Of a stretch of 64,000 nucleotides of DNA, positions 1 to 11,422 are shown piece after piece. Position 1 is the first letter of the stretch. Each line of letters opens with the position of its first letter. The DNA lies in contig DASWHX010000046.1 of the NCBI GenBank assembly GCA_036397995.1, positions 14,763-78,762 of the forward strand, given 5' to 3'. The stretch is from Cyclobacteriaceae bacterium (GTDB lineage: Bacteria; Bacteroidota; Bacteroidia; Cytophagales; Cyclobacteriaceae). A program made the translations under genes and the position numbers. Below the pieces are notes generated by a model. The model was given only the letters and a program-made list of their open reading frames with translations, ran no database searches and was not told the origin of the DNA.

Positions 1-1
1 T

Positions 2-118
2 AAAATAAAATTAGAGCTGACTTTCGAAAAAGAGTTTGACGTAACAGTATTGAACAAAGAAATTGAAGAGGCGAACAGAAATATATTGTCAATTGTCGAG
101 AAATATCTTGCTTCATGA
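2..118 (+). CDS. 3' end of a window-truncated CDS, possibly guanylate kinase
   Basis: The frame is open from the window edge and ends ...FDVTVLNKEIEEANRNILSIVEKYLAS*. Its TGA overlaps the nadD ATG (ATGA). The tail resembles Gmk C-termini, but the fragment is too short to be sure. Confidence 0.35.
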   Translation, partial: KIKLELTFEKEFDVTVLNKEIEEANRNILSIVEKYLAS

Positions 119-687
119 AGGTTGGATTATTTTTTGGTTCATTTAACCCCATTCATACAGGTCACTTAATTGTAGCCCAGGCAGTACTCGAGCAACCCGG
201 CATCAATCAGATTTGGTTTATTGTTTCTCCCCGAAACCCATTGAAGAAGAACGCGAACCTGCTTCATGAATTCGACAGGCTGGATTTAGTAAATGCAGCA
301 ATTTGGGATAATCCAAAAATGAAAGCTAAGGATATTGAATTCAGATTACCAAAGCCCAACTACACAATCAATACAATAATTGCTTTGAAGGAGAAACACC
401 CTAAGCACGAATTCTTCCTCATAATTGGACAGGATAATCTTAGCCAATTTCCAAGGTGGAAAAATCATAAAGAAATTTTGAAGGAAGTACATTTATATGT
501 GTACCCCCGTCCCAATGCTCAGAATTCTGAACTCGATAAACATTCTAAAGTAAAATTCATTGAAGCGCCTCTCTTGGATATCTCTGCAACTTTGATCAGA
601 AAATCTGTAAAAAAAGGAAGATCGATTAAATATCTTGTTCCGGAAACAATAGAGGAAATGATCAGGCGAAAGAAATTCTATCTCTGA
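115..687 (+). CDS. nadD: nicotinate-nucleotide adenylyltransferase
   Basis: N-terminal GLFFGSFNPIHTGHL nucleotidyltransferase motif, C-terminal ISAT/SxxIR motif and a length of about 190 aa. Confidence 0.9.
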   Translation: MKVGLFFGSFNPIHTGHLIVAQAVLEQPGINQIWFIVSPRNPLKKNANLLHEFDRLDLVNAAIWDNPKMKAKDIEFRLPKPNYTINTIIALKEKHPKHEFFLIIGQDNLSQFPRWKNHKEILKEVHLYVYPRPNAQNSELDKHSKVKFIEAPLLDISATLIRKSVKKGRSIKYLVPETIEEMIRRKKFYL

Positions 688-688
688 G

Positions 689-1249
689 TTAGACGTGAAG
701 TATGTCCGTTTCTTTATTTGCTATCAAATCGTCAATTTTTTTTGTGTACGTCGAAGTCAGCTCATCTATTTTTTCTTCACCTTTTCTAATTTCATCTTCT
801 GCAATGCCTTCATCTTTTAATGCTTTAATCGAATGAAGTACCTCATGACGTGCATTCCTTATGCTAATCTTTCCTTGCTCGCCTTCATGTTTAGCCTGTT
901 TCACTAATTGAACCCTGCGTTCTTCGGTTAAGATTGGTATATTGATAATAATCTGCTCTCCATCGTTGTGGGGATTCAATCCTAAATCAGAATTGATAAT
1001 AGACCTTTCAATCTCTGATACCAGACTTTTCTCCCAGGGTTTTATAAATATTGATCTTGCATCAGGCGTGCTTAATGAAGCAACCTGGTTAAGAGGCGTT
1101 GCATTGCCGTAATACTGTACTCTGATACTATCCAGCATTGAGGTCGTCGCTTTCCCGGCTCTTATTTTTGCAAGCTCTCCATTTACATGTTGCAGAGCCT
1201 TTTCCATCAAAGATTTCGCCTCATCTAATAACATAATAACTTCTTCCAT
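689..1249 (-). CDS. frr: ribosome recycling factor
   Basis: Full-length RRF-like sequence (...IRAGKATTSMLDSIRVQYYG...LNPHNDGEQIIINIPILTEERR...). It sits next to pyrH, as in most bacteria. Confidence 0.93.
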   Translation of the reverse strand: MEEVIMLLDEAKSLMEKALQHVNGELAKIRAGKATTSMLDSIRVQYYGNATPLNQVASLSTPDARSIFIKPWEKSLVSEIERSIINSDLGLNPHNDGEQIIINIPILTEERRVQLVKQAKHEGEQGKISIRNARHEVLHSIKALKDEGIAEDEIRKGEEKIDELTSTYTKKIDDLIANKETDILHV

Positions 1250-1252
1250 GGC

Positions 1253-1957
1253 TTAGTTAATTAAGGTTCCAACTTCTTTGCCAATTATTACATCAAGTAA
1301 ATTCCCCGGTTTATTCATGTCAAAAACAATGATAGGAAGATTATTCTCCATACATAGGGTGAAGGCTGTCATATCCATTATGTTAAGACCCTTTGTGTAT
1401 GCGTCTTGAAATGTTAGGCTGGTATACCGCTCTGCATCAGGAAATTTTTCAGGATCAGCTGTGTAAACTCCATCAACGCGTGTGCCCTTGAGAACCACAT
1501 TCGCTTCAATTTCAATAGCCCTCAGGCTTGCAGTAGAGTCGGTTGTGAAATAAGGATTTCCTGTGCCAGCTCCAAAAATAACAATCCGGCCTTTTTCAAG
1601 ATGCCGGACTGCCCTTCTCTTTATGAATGGTTCACAAACCTGATCCATTCTTATGCCTGACATTAATCTGGTATAAATACCTTGCTCTTCAAGGGCGCTT
1701 TGAAGGGCCATCCCATTAATAACAGTGGCAAGCATACCCATATAATCTCCCTGCACGCGGTCAATTCCCATCCTCTCAGCATCACTTCCCCTGAATATGT
1801 TGCCTCCCCCAATAACAATTGCAATCTCAACCCCCATTTCACTAACCTTCTTTATCTCTTCAGCGTATTGTAGCAATCGCTTGGGATCAATACCAAAGGA
1901 TCTTGTGCCCATCAGGGCTTCACCACTGAGTTTTAGCAGAATTCTTTTATACTTCAT
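1253..1957 (-). CDS. pyrH: UMP kinase
   Basis: [12 protein letters not shown] and GGGNIFRG motifs. The ORF extends to 1990, but the internal Met of MKYKRILLK (1957) matches the usual N-terminus. Confidence 0.9.
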   Translation of the reverse strand: MKYKRILLKLSGEALMGTRSFGIDPKRLLQYAEEIKKVSEMGVEIAIVIGGGNIFRGSDAERMGIDRVQGDYMGMLATVINGMALQSALEEQGIYTRLMSGIRMDQVCEPFIKRRAVRHLEKGRIVIFGAGTGNPYFTTDSTASLRAIEIEANVVLKGTRVDGVYTADPEKFPDAERYTSLTFQDAYTKGLNIMDMTAFTLCMENNLPIIVFDMNKPGNLLDVIIGKEVGTLIN

Positions 1958-2029
1958 GTTTTGGAAAGGAAATGATACATTTTTTTGCAAATATAAGACT
2001 CAACCTCTTTTAAAAGTGCTTAAGCTTTT

Positions 2030-2539
2030 TTAAAATTCAATCAAAATCTGATTCTTTGCCACGCTTTCTTTTTCTTTCGCCTTTATATTTTTGATGATTC
2101 CATCAACTGGAGATTTAATAATATTCTCCATTTTCATGGCTTCAAGTATAAGGATAGGCTCCCCTTTCTTAATGGACATTCCACTTTTCACCAGAATCTG
2201 CAAAATTAACCCAGGCATTGGAGCTTTGATTTCACCAACAGAGGCAGCAATAGTTTTGTACATCCCCATTTTATTCAGCAACTCATCAAGGGTTGTTCTT
2301 AGCTCGCCAGAAATAATACTATTATTAACCCTTAAGACGGGAGTGTTGGAATTGCCATTAAGGGTGAGTACTTCTAAATTGAAAGACCTGCAATCAATCA
2401 GTATATTATAGTAATAAGGGTTTATTGGAAGAATATTAATAGTCACTTCGGATCCGTTTAAGAGCCATTTTCCGTCAAACTTTTCAACGTTGAACTCCAC
2501 CTTATCCTGAGATTCGAACACAATTGTATGCATCTGCAA
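2030..2539 (-). CDS. biotin/lipoyl attachment domain protein (biotin carboxyl carrier-like)
   Basis: The C-terminal approx 70 aa carry the biotinyl-lysine motif EAMKMEN. The N-terminal approx 90 aa are not recognisable. Confidence 0.75.
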   Translation of the reverse strand: MQMHTIVFESQDKVEFNVEKFDGKWLLNGSEVTINILPINPYYYNILIDCRSFNLEVLTLNGNSNTPVLRVNNSIISGELRTTLDELLNKMGMYKTIAASVGEIKAPMPGLILQILVKSGMSIKKGEPILILEAMKMENIIKSPVDGIIKNIKAKEKESVAKNQILIEF

Positions 2540-2634
2540 TTTAAGTTGGGTGATTTGCTAAAATACGAATAATTCCATCGCTTGAAAACCAAGAAGATGC
2601 CAAAGAAGCTCAACTTCAAAATTGAATTCAAAAA

Positions 2635-2665
2635 TTTGAATAAAATAAATTTAAATCTATTTTTG
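2635..2665 (+). promoter_or_regulatory. Bacteroidota-type promoter (TTTG at -33, TAttTTTG at -7) for the tRNA-tuf unit
   Basis: TTTG at 2635-2638 and TATTTTTG at 2658-2665 with 19-nt spacing. This matches the TTTG / TAnnTTTG consensus described for Bacteroides and Flavobacterium. Confidence 0.4.
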
Positions 2666-2715
2666 CAACTCCAAAATTGAGGGTAACCAGACTATCCTTT
2701 TTATTAGGAACTGAA

Positions 2716-2800
2716 GGGGGGATACCGAAGCGGTCAAACGGGGCAGACTGTAAATCTGTTGGCGCAGCCTTCGTAGGTTCGAATCCTGCTCCCCCCACCA
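2716..2800 (+). tRNA. tRNA-Tyr (GTA), type II with long variable arm, CCA encoded
   Basis: Hand-folded cloverleaf. Acceptor GGGGGGA/TCCCCCC, anticodon loop CTGTAAA, T-arm GTAGG-TTCGAAT-CCTGC, 3' ACCA. Confidence 0.9.
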
Positions 2801-2862
2801 GAAAGCATTCGGTAGCTGGAATTTGGTAATATTATATTAAATTCGCAGTCCGATTATCATAA

Positions 2863-2935
2863 GCGGGAGTAGCTCAGTTGGTAGAGCGACAGCCTTCCAA
2901 GCTGTAGGTCGCGGGTTCGAACCTCGTCTCCCGCT
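2863..2935 (+). tRNA. tRNA-Gly (TCC)
   Basis: Acceptor GCGGGAG/CTCCCGC, D-arm GCTC-AGTTGGTA-GAGC, anticodon loop CTTCCAA, T-loop TTCGAAC. Confidence 0.9.
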
Positions 2936-2953
2936 CTGTGAAGGCTTAGTAAA

Positions 2954-3025
2954 GCCGATGTAGCTCAGGGGTAGAGCGCTTCCTTGGTAAGGAAGAGGTC
3001 AAGGGTTCAAATCCCTTCATTGGCT
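2954..3025 (+). tRNA. tRNA-Thr (GGT)
   Basis: Acceptor GCCGATG/CATTGGC (one G-U pair), anticodon stem-loop CTTCC-TTGGTAA-GGAAG, T-arm AAGGG-TTCAAAT-CCCTT. Confidence 0.9.
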
Positions 3026-3114
3026 CGGATAAAGTCGGAAAATTTTGTAGAAATAAATAGTAATCATAAAATACACTTAAAAATTGAATTAATTAAAATT
3101 AGGAATTTTCAAAT

Positions 3115-4302
3115 ATGGCTAAAGAAACTTATAACCGCTCAAAACCACACGTGAACATTGGAACTATAGGTCACGTAGATCATGGAAAAACCACTCTGAC
3201 TGCTGCCATTACCAAAGTTCTTTCAGCGAAAGGCTTGGCCCAAATAAGAGACTTTTCTTCGATTGACAACGCTCCGGAGGAAAAGGAAAGAGGTATTACA
3301 ATTAATACCGCTCATGTTGAATATCAGACAGACAAAAGACATTATGCTCACGTTGATTGTCCAGGTCATGCTGACTATGTGAAAAACATGGTAACAGGTG
3401 CCGCTCAAATGGACGGCGCCATTCTGGTTGTAGCAGCAACAGATGGACCAATGCCTCAAACCAGAGAGCACATCTTATTGGCAAGACAGGTTGGAGTACC
3501 TGCTTTAGTGGTGTTTATGAATAAAGTTGACCTTGTTGACGATGAGGAATTGTTAGACTTGGTTGAAATGGAAGTGAGAGAACTATTAACATTTTATGAA
3601 TTTCCCGGAGACTCTATCCCTGTAATCAGGGGTTCTGCATTAGGAGGATTAAATGGCGAAGCTAAATGGGTAGAAAAAATCCAGGAATTGATGAATGCCG
3701 TTGATGAGCATATTCCAATACCAGAGAGACTTATCGACAAGGACTTCCTTATGCCGATTGAAGATGTTTTCTCAATAACTGGTAGAGGTACTGTTGCTAC
3801 CGGTAGAATCGAAAGAGGAGTAATCAATTCCGGCGATGGCGTAGATATTCTTGGAATGGGTGCAGAAAACCTGAAATCCACCGTTACTGGCGTAGAAATG
3901 TTCCGGAAAATCCTTGATAGAGGCGAGGCGGGTGACAATGTCGGTCTACTCCTCCGGGGAATTGAAAAGGATGAAATTCGAAGAGGAATGGTTATCTGTA
4001 AACCAGGTTCTGTAACACCTCATTCACTCTTCAAAGCTGAAATCTACGTATTATCAAAAGAAGAAGGTGGAAGACATACGCCATTCTTTAATAAGTATAG
4101 GCCGCAGTTTTATCTCCGAACTACTGACGTAACGGGTGAAATTAAATTGCCCGATGGAGTTGAAATGGTGATGCCTGGAGATAATGTTACCATTGAAGTT
4201 AACCTAATTAACAAGGTTGCAATGGAGAAAGGACTTCGATTTGCAATTAGAGAAGGAGGCAGAACGGTAGGGGCCGGTCAGGTGACCGAAATCCTTGATT
4301 AA
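3115..4302 (+). CDS. tuf: elongation factor Tu
   Basis: [18 protein letters not shown] and NKVD GTPase motifs. Full-length 395 aa. Confidence 0.98.
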   Translation: MAKETYNRSKPHVNIGTIGHVDHGKTTLTAAITKVLSAKGLAQIRDFSSIDNAPEEKERGITINTAHVEYQTDKRHYAHVDCPGHADYVKNMVTGAAQMDGAILVVAATDGPMPQTREHILLARQVGVPALVVFMNKVDLVDDEELLDLVEMEVRELLTFYEFPGDSIPVIRGSALGGLNGEAKWVEKIQELMNAVDEHIPIPERLIDKDFLMPIEDVFSITGRGTVATGRIERGVINSGDGVDILGMGAENLKSTVTGVEMFRKILDRGEAGDNVGLLLRGIEKDEIRRGMVICKPGSVTPHSLFKAEIYVLSKEEGGRHTPFFNKYRPQFYLRTTDVTGEIKLPDGVEMVMPGDNVTIEVNLINKVAMEKGLRFAIREGGRTVGAGQVTEILD

Positions 4303-4332
4303 GGCAGGGGAATAAGCTCTTTCAATAGTTAG

Positions 4333-4383
4333 TATAACAGACGCGTTTCTGCATAAAAAAGTGCGAAACGCGTTTGTGTTATA
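4333..4383 (+). terminator. stem-loop downstream of tuf (probable intrinsic terminator)
   Basis: TATAACA-G-ACGCGTTTC [15-nt loop] GAAACGCGT-TTG-TGTTATA. The inner 9-bp stem is followed by the U-rich TTGTGTT. Confidence 0.5.
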
Positions 4384-4404
4384 GCATATATTATGATACC
4401 TTTG
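4373..4404 (+). promoter_or_regulatory. Bacteroidota-type promoter for tRNA-Trp/secE/nusG/rplKAJL
   Basis: TTTG at 4373-4376 and TACCTTTG at 4397-4404 with 20-nt spacing. Confidence 0.45.
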
Positions 4405-4428
4405 CAGTCCCTTTTGGGTTGCTCAAAG

Positions 4429-4501
4429 ACGGGTGTAGCTCAATTGGTAGAGTGGTGGTCTCCAAAACCACAGGTTGGGAGTTCGAGTCTCTCCACCCGT
4501 G
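4429..4501 (+). tRNA. tRNA-Trp (CCA)
   Basis: Acceptor ACGGGTG/CACCCGT, anticodon stem-loop GTGGT-CTCCAAA-ACCAC, T-loop TTCGAGT. Confidence 0.9.
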
Positions 4502-4517
4502 CAAGTAAAAACCGGTA

Positions 4518-4712
4518 ATGATGCAGAAGCTAATTGAGTTCTTTAAAGAGTCGTATGACGAAATGAGATTTAAGGTTTCCTGGCCAAAATACAGGGAACT
4601 TCAAAGTAGCTCGGTATTGGTTTTGGTGGCCTCCTTAATATTCGCTCTAATCATAGGAGTAATGGATTTGGGGTTTGAAAATATATTGGACTGGTTTTAC
4701 CGCGAATTCTAA
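4518..4712 (+). CDS. secE: preprotein translocase subunit SecE
   Basis: 64-aa protein with a single C-terminal TM helix (VLVLVASLIFALIIGVM), in the conserved position immediately upstream of nusG. Confidence 0.85.
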   Translation: MMQKLIEFFKESYDEMRFKVSWPKYRELQSSSVLVLVASLIFALIIGVMDLGFENILDWFYREF

Positions 4713-4718
4713 AATAGC

Positions 4719-5282
4719 ATGGAGATGACTGAAGTGAAGTGGTACGTAATCCGTGTCTTAAGCGGTCAGGAAAAGAAGGTAAAGGCTTACCTGGAAACTG
4801 AGATTGAACGGGAAAATCTAAAGGAATACATTCCCGAAGTAATGATTCCTTCAGAGAAGGTATATGAAATGAGGAATGGAAAGAAAAGGGTTCGCGAAAG
4901 AAATTTCTTTCCTGGTTATGTATTGGTACAGGCTAATTTGGAATATGGAGAAGCAAAACATGTTGTCATAAGCATTCCGGGAGTAATTGGTTTTCTCGGA
5001 GCAAACAGCACAAGTACTTCGAAAGAACCGGTTCCCCTGAGACAAAGTGAAATAAACAGGATTCTGGGTAAGGTTGACGAGGTGGATGAAATGGTTGAAA
5101 AGCTGGATCGCCCATATATTGTTGGTGAAGGAGTTAAAGTAATGGATGGTCCGTTTAGCGGTTTTACCGGAACCGTTGAGGAAGTTTTTGAAGAAAGAAA
5201 GAAATTAAACGTAATGGTTAAAATCTTCGGAAGAAATACACCCGTTGAACTTAATTATATGCAAGTTGAAAAATTAGACTAA
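4719..5282 (+). CDS. nusG: transcription termination/antitermination factor NusG
   Basis: NGN domain (KWYVIRVLSGQEKKV) and KOW motif (GEGVKVMDGPFSGFTGTVEEV). Confidence 0.93.
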   Translation: MEMTEVKWYVIRVLSGQEKKVKAYLETEIERENLKEYIPEVMIPSEKVYEMRNGKKRVRERNFFPGYVLVQANLEYGEAKHVVISIPGVIGFLGANSTSTSKEPVPLRQSEINRILGKVDEVDEMVEKLDRPYIVGEGVKVMDGPFSGFTGTVEEVFEERKKLNVMVKIFGRNTPVELNYMQVEKLD

Positions 5283-5735
5283 ATGGCTAAGGAAATTGAA
5301 GGTTTTTTGAAATTACAGGTAATGGGCGGCTCGGCTAACCCATCTCCTCCTGTAGGACCAGCATTGGGTAGCAAAGGACTCAACATCATGGATTTCTGCA
5401 AACAATTTAACGCAAGAACCCAGGATAAGCAGGGTACTTTGATCCCCGTCCTGATCACAATATATAAAGATAAATCCTTCGATTTCGTTGTAAAAACTCC
5501 GCCGGCTCCGGTTTTGATACTGAAGGCGGCTAATCTGAAGAAAGGTAGTGCTGAACCCAACAGGAATAAGGTTGGGTCATTAACCTGGAATCAATGTAAA
5601 GAAATTGCCGAAACCAAAATGCAGGATTTGAATGCGTTTACTATTCATTCCGCAATGAAAATGATAGCGGGTACTGCAAGAAGCATGGGTATAACTGTAA
5701 CCGGAACTCCCCCGAGGGAAGCTAATGTTAACTAG
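5283..5735 (+). CDS. rplK: 50S ribosomal protein L11
   Basis: [34 protein letters not shown] is characteristic of L11. Confidence 0.95.
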   Translation: MAKEIEGFLKLQVMGGSANPSPPVGPALGSKGLNIMDFCKQFNARTQDKQGTLIPVLITIYKDKSFDFVVKTPPAPVLILKAANLKKGSAEPNRNKVGSLTWNQCKEIAETKMQDLNAFTIHSAMKMIAGTARSMGITVTGTPPREANVN

Positions 5736-5736
5736 G

Positions 5737-6435
5737 ATGACAAAGCTGACAAAAAACCAAAAAAATGTGCTTGAGAATTTTGATCCAATGAAATCTTATT
5801 CTCTGGAGGCAGCATCAAAACTGGTAAAGGAAATCACCACTACCAAATTTGATTCATCAGTTGACCTGGACATTCGCCTCGGAGTTGATCCGCGCAAAGC
5901 CGACCAAATGGTGCGCGGAGTAGTTGCTTTGCCCCATGGAACCGGTAAGCAAGTTAAAGTTCTTGCTTTGGTTACTCCGGATAAAGAGAATGATGCCAAA
6001 GAGGCCGGTGCAGATTATGCGGGATTAGATGATATCATAAAAAAAATTGAAGGAGGATGGATCGATTTCGATATTATCGTTACAATGCCAACTGTTATGG
6101 CGAAAGTTGGTAAGCTGGGGAAAATCCTGGGACCAAGAGGCCTTATGCCAAATCCAAAAGCCGGTACGGTAACTCTTGATGTCGCAAAAGCTATCAGGGA
6201 AGTCAAGGCTGGTAAAATTGATTTCAAAGTAGACAAATTCGGGATCATTCACGCCAGTATTGGAAAAGTCTCTTTTACGGAAGATAAAATTCTTGATAAC
6301 GCAAGAGAGCTTATTCACACAATTTCCAAACTTAAGCCGGCATCTTCAAAAGGCACTTACTTCAGGAGCATAAGTCTTTCCAGCACAATGAGTGCAGGAA
6401 TTTCCATTGATAAAAGTTCAATTGTTGGAATTTAA
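5737..6435 (+). CDS. rplA: 50S ribosomal protein L1
   Basis: L1 sequence (...[20 protein letters not shown]...). The ATG at 5737 lies 1 nt after the rplK stop and is preferred over the overlapping ORF start at 5725. Confidence 0.93.
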   Translation: MTKLTKNQKNVLENFDPMKSYSLEAASKLVKEITTTKFDSSVDLDIRLGVDPRKADQMVRGVVALPHGTGKQVKVLALVTPDKENDAKEAGADYAGLDDIIKKIEGGWIDFDIIVTMPTVMAKVGKLGKILGPRGLMPNPKAGTVTLDVAKAIREVKAGKIDFKVDKFGIIHASIGKVSFTEDKILDNARELIHTISKLKPASSKGTYFRSISLSSTMSAGISIDKSSIVGI

Positions 6436-6441
6436 AAAGTC

Positions 6442-6975
6442 ATGATACGAGAAGAAAAAGCAACAATTATTAATGAACTCTCAGAAAAGCTGAAGGAAAA
6501 TAACAATTATTATTTTACAGATGCTACAGGTATGACCGTTGCTCAGATAAATGATTTCAGGAGAATGTGTCACAAGGTTGACATTGATTACAAAGTGTAT
6601 AAAAACACTTTAATTATCAAGGCACTGGACACCCTTAAATTTGATTATTCCCCGCTTTATGAAAAAGCCCTTAAGGGTGCAACAGGAATTTTGTTTTCAA
6701 AGGAAATTGCCAATACTCCGGCTAAGTTGATTAAGGAATTTAGAAAAAAGAGCAATTTGGACAAGCCTTTATTCAAGGGGGCATATATCAATCAGGATGT
6801 TTATATAGGCGAGAATCAACTGGATACTCTAAGTAATCTCAAGTCCAGGGAAGAACTTATTGGTGAGATAATTGCCATTCTCCGGTCTCCTGCTCAAAAT
6901 GTTATTTCAGCACTTCAAAGTGGAAAGAATAAACTTGCCGGTATCGTTAAAACTTTATCAGAAAAAACAAATTAA
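6442..6975 (+). CDS. rplJ: 50S ribosomal protein L10
   Basis: Position between rplA and rplL, plus L10-like length and sequence. Confidence 0.9.
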   Translation: MIREEKATIINELSEKLKENNNYYFTDATGMTVAQINDFRRMCHKVDIDYKVYKNTLIIKALDTLKFDYSPLYEKALKGATGILFSKEIANTPAKLIKEFRKKSNLDKPLFKGAYINQDVYIGENQLDTLSNLKSREELIGEIIAILRSPAQNVISALQSGKNKLAGIVKTLSEKTN

Positions 6976-7011
6976 TAAATCATTAAAGCAAATATCTAAA
7001 TCAAACTAAAA

Positions 7012-7395
7012 ATGGCAGACTTAAAAGCATTCGCTGATCAGCTTGTGAACTTAACCGTGAAAGAGGTTAATGAGTTAGCAACAATTCTTAAGGAGGAGTA
7101 TGGTATTGAACCGGCGGCAGCGGCAGCTCCAGTAATGGTTGCTGGTGGAGGCGCGGCATCTGCAGAAGGTGGAGCGGAAGAAAAATCATCATTCGATGTA
7201 ATTCTAAAATCTCCTGGTGGAGCCAAGCTGGCTATCGTGAAACTCGTTAAGGAACTGACAGGACTTGGGTTAAAAGAAGCCAAAGACCTGGTAGATGGTG
7301 CACCGAAAGCGGTAAAGGAAGGATTGGCTAAAGACGAAGCTGAAGGCTTGAAAAAGCAATTAGAAGAAGCAGGAGCGGAAGTAGAATTAAAATAA
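7012..7395 (+). CDS. rplL: 50S ribosomal protein L7/L12
   Basis: Ala/Gly-rich hinge and C-terminal domain ...[23 protein letters not shown]... Confidence 0.95.
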   Translation: MADLKAFADQLVNLTVKEVNELATILKEEYGIEPAAAAAPVMVAGGGAASAEGGAEEKSSFDVILKSPGGAKLAIVKLVKELTGLGLKEAKDLVDGAPKAVKEGLAKDEAEGLKKQLEEAGAEVELK

Positions 7396-7420
7396 AATTT
7401 GGACAACCTGCTGAACGGTA

Positions 7421-7462
7421 GTCTAACTGCAGTTAGACCCTGATTTTCGTCGGGGTCTTTTG
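7421..7462 (+). terminator. rplL-rpoB intercistronic stem-loops (attenuator-like)
   Basis: Perfect palindrome GTCTAACTGCAGTTAGAC (7421-7438), then AGACCC-[12 nt]-GGGTCT followed by TTTGCTGTTTG. Confidence 0.4.
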
Positions 7463-7525
7463 CTGTTTGTAGATGTTTCAGTTTTCTATGAATAAAACAT
7501 TTTTTTAAACTAAATAAAAATTGCC

Positions 7526-10500
7526 TTGGCAACTAAAAAATCAAACAGAATAAGTTTCTCCAACATAAAATCTGTAATTGATTATCCCGATTTTCTGGAT
7601 GTTCAGTTGAGGTCTTTTAAAGACTTTTTTCAGATTGAAACCCCAGCGGAGAAAAGAACGCAGGAAGGGTTGTACAAAGTATTTTGTGAGAATTTTCCTA
7701 TCAGCGATTCCCGGGAAAATTTTGTACTGGAATTTATTGATTACTTAATTGATCCTCCCAAATACTCCGTTGATGAATGCATTGACAGAGGATTAACCTA
7801 TTCAGTTCCTTTAAAAGCAAAGCTTCGACTTTCTTGTAATGATGAAGATAATGAAGATTTTGAAACAGTAGAGCAGGAAGTCTTTTTAGGAAATATTCCC
7901 TACATGACCGAGAAAGGTTCTTTCGTAATCAATGGAGCAGAAAGAGTTATTGTCAGTCAGCTTCATCGATCACCAGGAGTATTCTTTGCCCAAAGCAAAC
8001 ATACAAATGGTACAAAGCTGTATTCAGCTCGAATAATTCCTTTCAAAGGATCCTGGATAGAGTTTGCTACCGATGTCAACAATGTGATGTATGCCTACAT
8101 CGACAGAAAAAAGAAATTCCCGGTTACCACACTTCTCAGGGCAATCGGATATGGGACTGATAAAGATATTCTTGATTTGTTTGGATTGTCTGAAGAAGTT
8201 TCAGCCACAAAGGCAAATCTTAAAAAAGTTGTAGGAAGGAAATTGGCGGCACGTGTCCTTAAAACCTGGACTGAAGACTTTGTGGATGAAGATACTGGCG
8301 AGGTTGTTTCTATTGACAGAAACGAAGTATTGCTTGAGCGGGACTCGGTGCTAACAAAAGAAGATGTCGAACTGATAATTGAATCCGATACAAAATCAAT
8401 TATTCTCCATCGGGATGATGTCAACATCACAGACTACAATATCATTTTCAATACTCTGGCTAAAGACAATTCGAACTCAGAAAAGGAAGCGGTTGAGCAA
8501 ATTTATCGGCAGTTAAGAAATACTGAAGCCCCCGATGAACAGACTGCAAGAGATATTATCCAAAGTCTTTTCTTTAGTGATAAGAGATATGATCTGGGCG
8601 AAGTAGGACGATACAGAATTAATAGGAAACTCGGAATTGATATAGGATTTGAGCAGCGAGTTCTAACAAAAGGTGATATTATCCTTATTGTTAAATACCT
8701 TATTGGGTTAATTAACTCTAAGGCGGTTGTAGATGATATAGATCACCTGAGCAACAGAAGGGTTCGAACCGTAGGTGAGCAGCTTTATACACAATTCGGA
8801 ATTGGGTTAGCCAGAATGGCCAGAACCATTAAGGAAAGGATGAATGTAAGGGATAACGAGGATTTTAAACCAGTCGATCTCATAAACGCGAGAACACTTT
8901 CCTCAGTGATTAATTCATTCTTCGGCACAAATCAACTCTCTCAATTTATGGACCAGACAAATCCATTGGCTGAGATAACTCATAAAAGGAGAATGTCTGC
9001 GCTAGGCCCAGGTGGTCTCTCCAGAGAACGCGCAGGATTTGAAGTTCGCGACGTGCATTACACCCATTATGGAAGATTGTGTACCATTGAAACTCCCGAA
9101 GGACCAAACATCGGTTTGATCTCTTCCCTTTGTGTACACGCCAAGGTGAATCATATGGGATTCATTGAAACACCGTACCGTAAAGTTGAGAAGGGACTAG
9201 TTTCAACGAATGTGATTTTTCTTACTGCTGAAGAAGAAGACACTCACAACATTGCTCAGGCAAATGCTAAAATTGATGACAAAGGTAAATTCGTTAATAA
9301 AAGAGTAAAGGCAAGATATGAAGGAGATTTTCCCGTCGTAGAGCCCAAAAAGGTTTCTTATATGGATATTGCTCCTAACCAGATTGTGTCTGTTGCGGCT
9401 TCGCTTATTCCATTCCTGGAACATGACGATGCAAACAGAGCGCTCATGGGATCAAATATGCAAAGACAGGCCGTTCCATTGATGAAGCCGGAAGCTCCCA
9501 TTGTGGGAACCGGCCTTGAAAGAAGGGTAGCCGAAGATTCAAGAGCGTTAATCCTCGCTGAAGATGAGGGAGTTGTGGAATATTCTGATGCCACTAAAAT
9601 AACAATCAGGTACAAGCAAACCGCGGAACAAAAATCCATTGCCTTTGAAGATGATCTCAAGATTTATGACCTGGTCAAATTCAGACGAACTAATCAGGAT
9701 ACCTGCATCAACCTTAAGCCTATTGTTAAGAAAGGTGATAGTGTGAAAAGTGGAACACCACTTTGTGAAGGATATGCCACGCAAAATGGTGAACTGGCTC
9801 TGGGAAGGAATTTGCAGGTTGCATTCATGCCCTGGCAAGGATATAATTTTGAAGATGCTATTGTTATATCCGAAAGAGTTGTGCGAGATGATACCTTTAC
9901 TTCTATTCACATTGAAGAATTTGAACTCGAAGTAAGGGACACCAAGAGAGGAGAGGAAGAATTGACCTCTGAAATTCCAAATGTGAGCGAAGAAGCTGTA
10001 AAGAATTTAGATGAAAATGGAATAATTAGGATTGGAGCGGAAGTAAAAGAAGGAGATATTCTTATAGGGAAAATTACTCCAAAAGGAGAGACAGATCCAA
10101 CTCCGGAAGAAAAACTATTGCGGGCAATTTTTGGTGATAAAGCCGGCGATGTAAAAGATGCATCATTGAAGGCGCCCCCTTCTCTTAGAGGAGTCGTTAT
10201 TGAAACAAAACTTTTCTCCAGACCAAAAAAAGATAAAGATTTAAGATCCAAATCAAAAAAAGATGTAGAAATACTAAAGTCAAAATACAGTAATGATTTA
10301 AGAACATTAAGGGCAGAGATGATAGATAAGCTCGCTGCTCTGCTGCATGGAAAGGTGTCTGAAGGAGTAAATCACAAATTTGGCGAATCCCTGATTTCAA
10401 AGGGAACAAAGTTTACCGCAAAAGTAATTTCAAATAATATTTTCCCTGAAAAGAATGTTTTCAGAGACGAAAGTAATTATAATGTTCCTGAGGAAGTAAA

Positions 10501-11389
10501 TCTTATTAGCGATATAAATCTTGATGGGTGGACCAAAGATTCGAAAACCAACAAGTTGATCGAAAGGCTGGTTAAAAATTATATGGCTGCCCGCAATAAA
10601 ATAGCTGGTGAATTCAAAAGAGAAAGATTTACACTTGAAGTTGGTGATGAACTCCCTGCTGGAATTGTTCAATTGGCTAAAGTGTATATTGCCAAGAAGC
10701 GTAAGCTGAAAGTTGGGGATAAAATGGCAGGTCGTCACGGTAATAAAGGTGTTGTGGCTAAAATCGTGAGAGAAGAGGACATGCCTTTTCTTGAAGATGG
10801 AACCCCGATGGATATAGTGCTAAATCCCCTGGGTGTGCCTTCAAGGATGAACCTGGGTCAGATTTATGAAACCGTGCTTGGTTGGGCTGGAATGAAGTTA
10901 GATCGAAAATATGCCACACCAATTTTTGACGGTGCTACTATTGAAGAAGTTTCCAGTGAATTGAATGAAGCTAATTTACCAGAGTTCGGCCGGACCTATT
11001 TATATGACGGATTAAGCGGAGATAAGTTTGACCAACAAGTTACAGTAGGTGTGATTTATATGCTTAAACTGGGACACCTTGTTGATGATAAAATGCACTC
11101 CAGATCAATTGGACCTTATTCACTGATCACACAACAACCACTTGGCGGAAAAGCTCAGTTTGGCGGTCAAAGATTCGGTGAAATGGAAGTATGGGCCCTT
11201 GAAGCTTTTGGAGCGGCCAACGTCCTCCAGGAAATCCTAACCATAAAGTCTGATGATGTAATTGGTCGCGCAAAGGCTTATGAAGCTATTGTGAAGGGAG
11301 AGAATATGACAAAACCCAATATCCCTGAATCATTCAATGTGTTGGTTCATGAATTAAGGGGCCTTGCCTTAGAAATAACATTAGAATAA
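7526..11389 (+). CDS. rpoB: DNA-directed RNA polymerase subunit beta
   Basis: 1287-aa RpoB with a TTG start. An in-frame TAA at 7511-7513 leaves no upstream ATG or GTG. Confidence 0.97.
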   Translation: MATKKSNRISFSNIKSVIDYPDFLDVQLRSFKDFFQIETPAEKRTQEGLYKVFCENFPISDSRENFVLEFIDYLIDPPKYSVDECIDRGLTYSVPLKAKLRLSCNDEDNEDFETVEQEVFLGNIPYMTEKGSFVINGAERVIVSQLHRSPGVFFAQSKHTNGTKLYSARIIPFKGSWIEFATDVNNVMYAYIDRKKKFPVTTLLRAIGYGTDKDILDLFGLSEEVSATKANLKKVVGRKLAARVLKTWTEDFVDEDTGEVVSIDRNEVLLERDSVLTKEDVELIIESDTKSIILHRDDVNITDYNIIFNTLAKDNSNSEKEAVEQIYRQLRNTEAPDEQTARDIIQSLFFSDKRYDLGEVGRYRINRKLGIDIGFEQRVLTKGDIILIVKYLIGLINSKAVVDDIDHLSNRRVRTVGEQLYTQFGIGLARMARTIKERMNVRDNEDFKPVDLINARTLSSVINSFFGTNQLSQFMDQTNPLAEITHKRRMSALGPGGLSRERAGFEVRDVHYTHYGRLCTIETPEGPNIGLISSLCVHAKVNHMGFIETPYRKVEKGLVSTNVIFLTAEEEDTHNIAQANAKIDDKGKFVNKRVKARYEGDFPVVEPKKVSYMDIAPNQIVSVAASLIPFLEHDDANRALMGSNMQRQAVPLMKPEAPIVGTGLERRVAEDSRALILAEDEGVVEYSDATKITIRYKQTAEQKSIAFEDDLKIYDLVKFRRTNQDTCINLKPIVKKGDSVKSGTPLCEGYATQNGELALGRNLQVAFMPWQGYNFEDAIVISERVVRDDTFTSIHIEEFELEVRDTKRGEEELTSEIPNVSEEAVKNLDENGIIRIGAEVKEGDILIGKITPKGETDPTPEEKLLRAIFGDKAGDVKDASLKAPPSLRGVVIETKLFSRPKKDKDLRSKSKKDVEILKSKYSNDLRTLRAEMIDKLAALLHGKVSEGVNHKFGESLISKGTKFTAKVISNNIFPEKNVFRDESNYNVPEEVNLISDINLDGWTKDSKTNKLIERLVKNYMAARNKIAGEFKRERFTLEVGDELPAGIVQLAKVYIAKKRKLKVGDKMAGRHGNKGVVAKIVREEDMPFLEDGTPMDIVLNPLGVPSRMNLGQIYETVLGWAGMKLDRKYATPIFDGATIEEVSSELNEANLPEFGRTYLYDGLSGDKFDQQVTVGVIYMLKLGHLVDDKMHSRSIGPYSLITQQPLGGKAQFGGQRFGEMEVWALEAFGAANVLQEILTIKSDDVIGRAKAYEAIVKGENMTKPNIPESFNVLVHELRGLALEITLE

Positions 11390-11422
11390 GAAATTATAAA
11401 TCATAAATAAAGCCATTTAAAT

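Noticed and set aside
3223-3938. Minus-strand ORFs inside tuf (3223-3471, 3302-3484 and 3594-3938).
   Set aside because: They are antisense to EF-Tu, one of the most conserved genes known, with no coding signal of their own.
7038-7532. 164-aa minus-strand ORF covering rplL and the rplL-rpoB spacer.
   Set aside because: It is antisense to the highly conserved L7/L12 gene. Its Ala/Ser/Pro-rich low-complexity translation mirrors the Ala/Gly/Glu-rich rplL codons, which makes it a classic shadow ORF.
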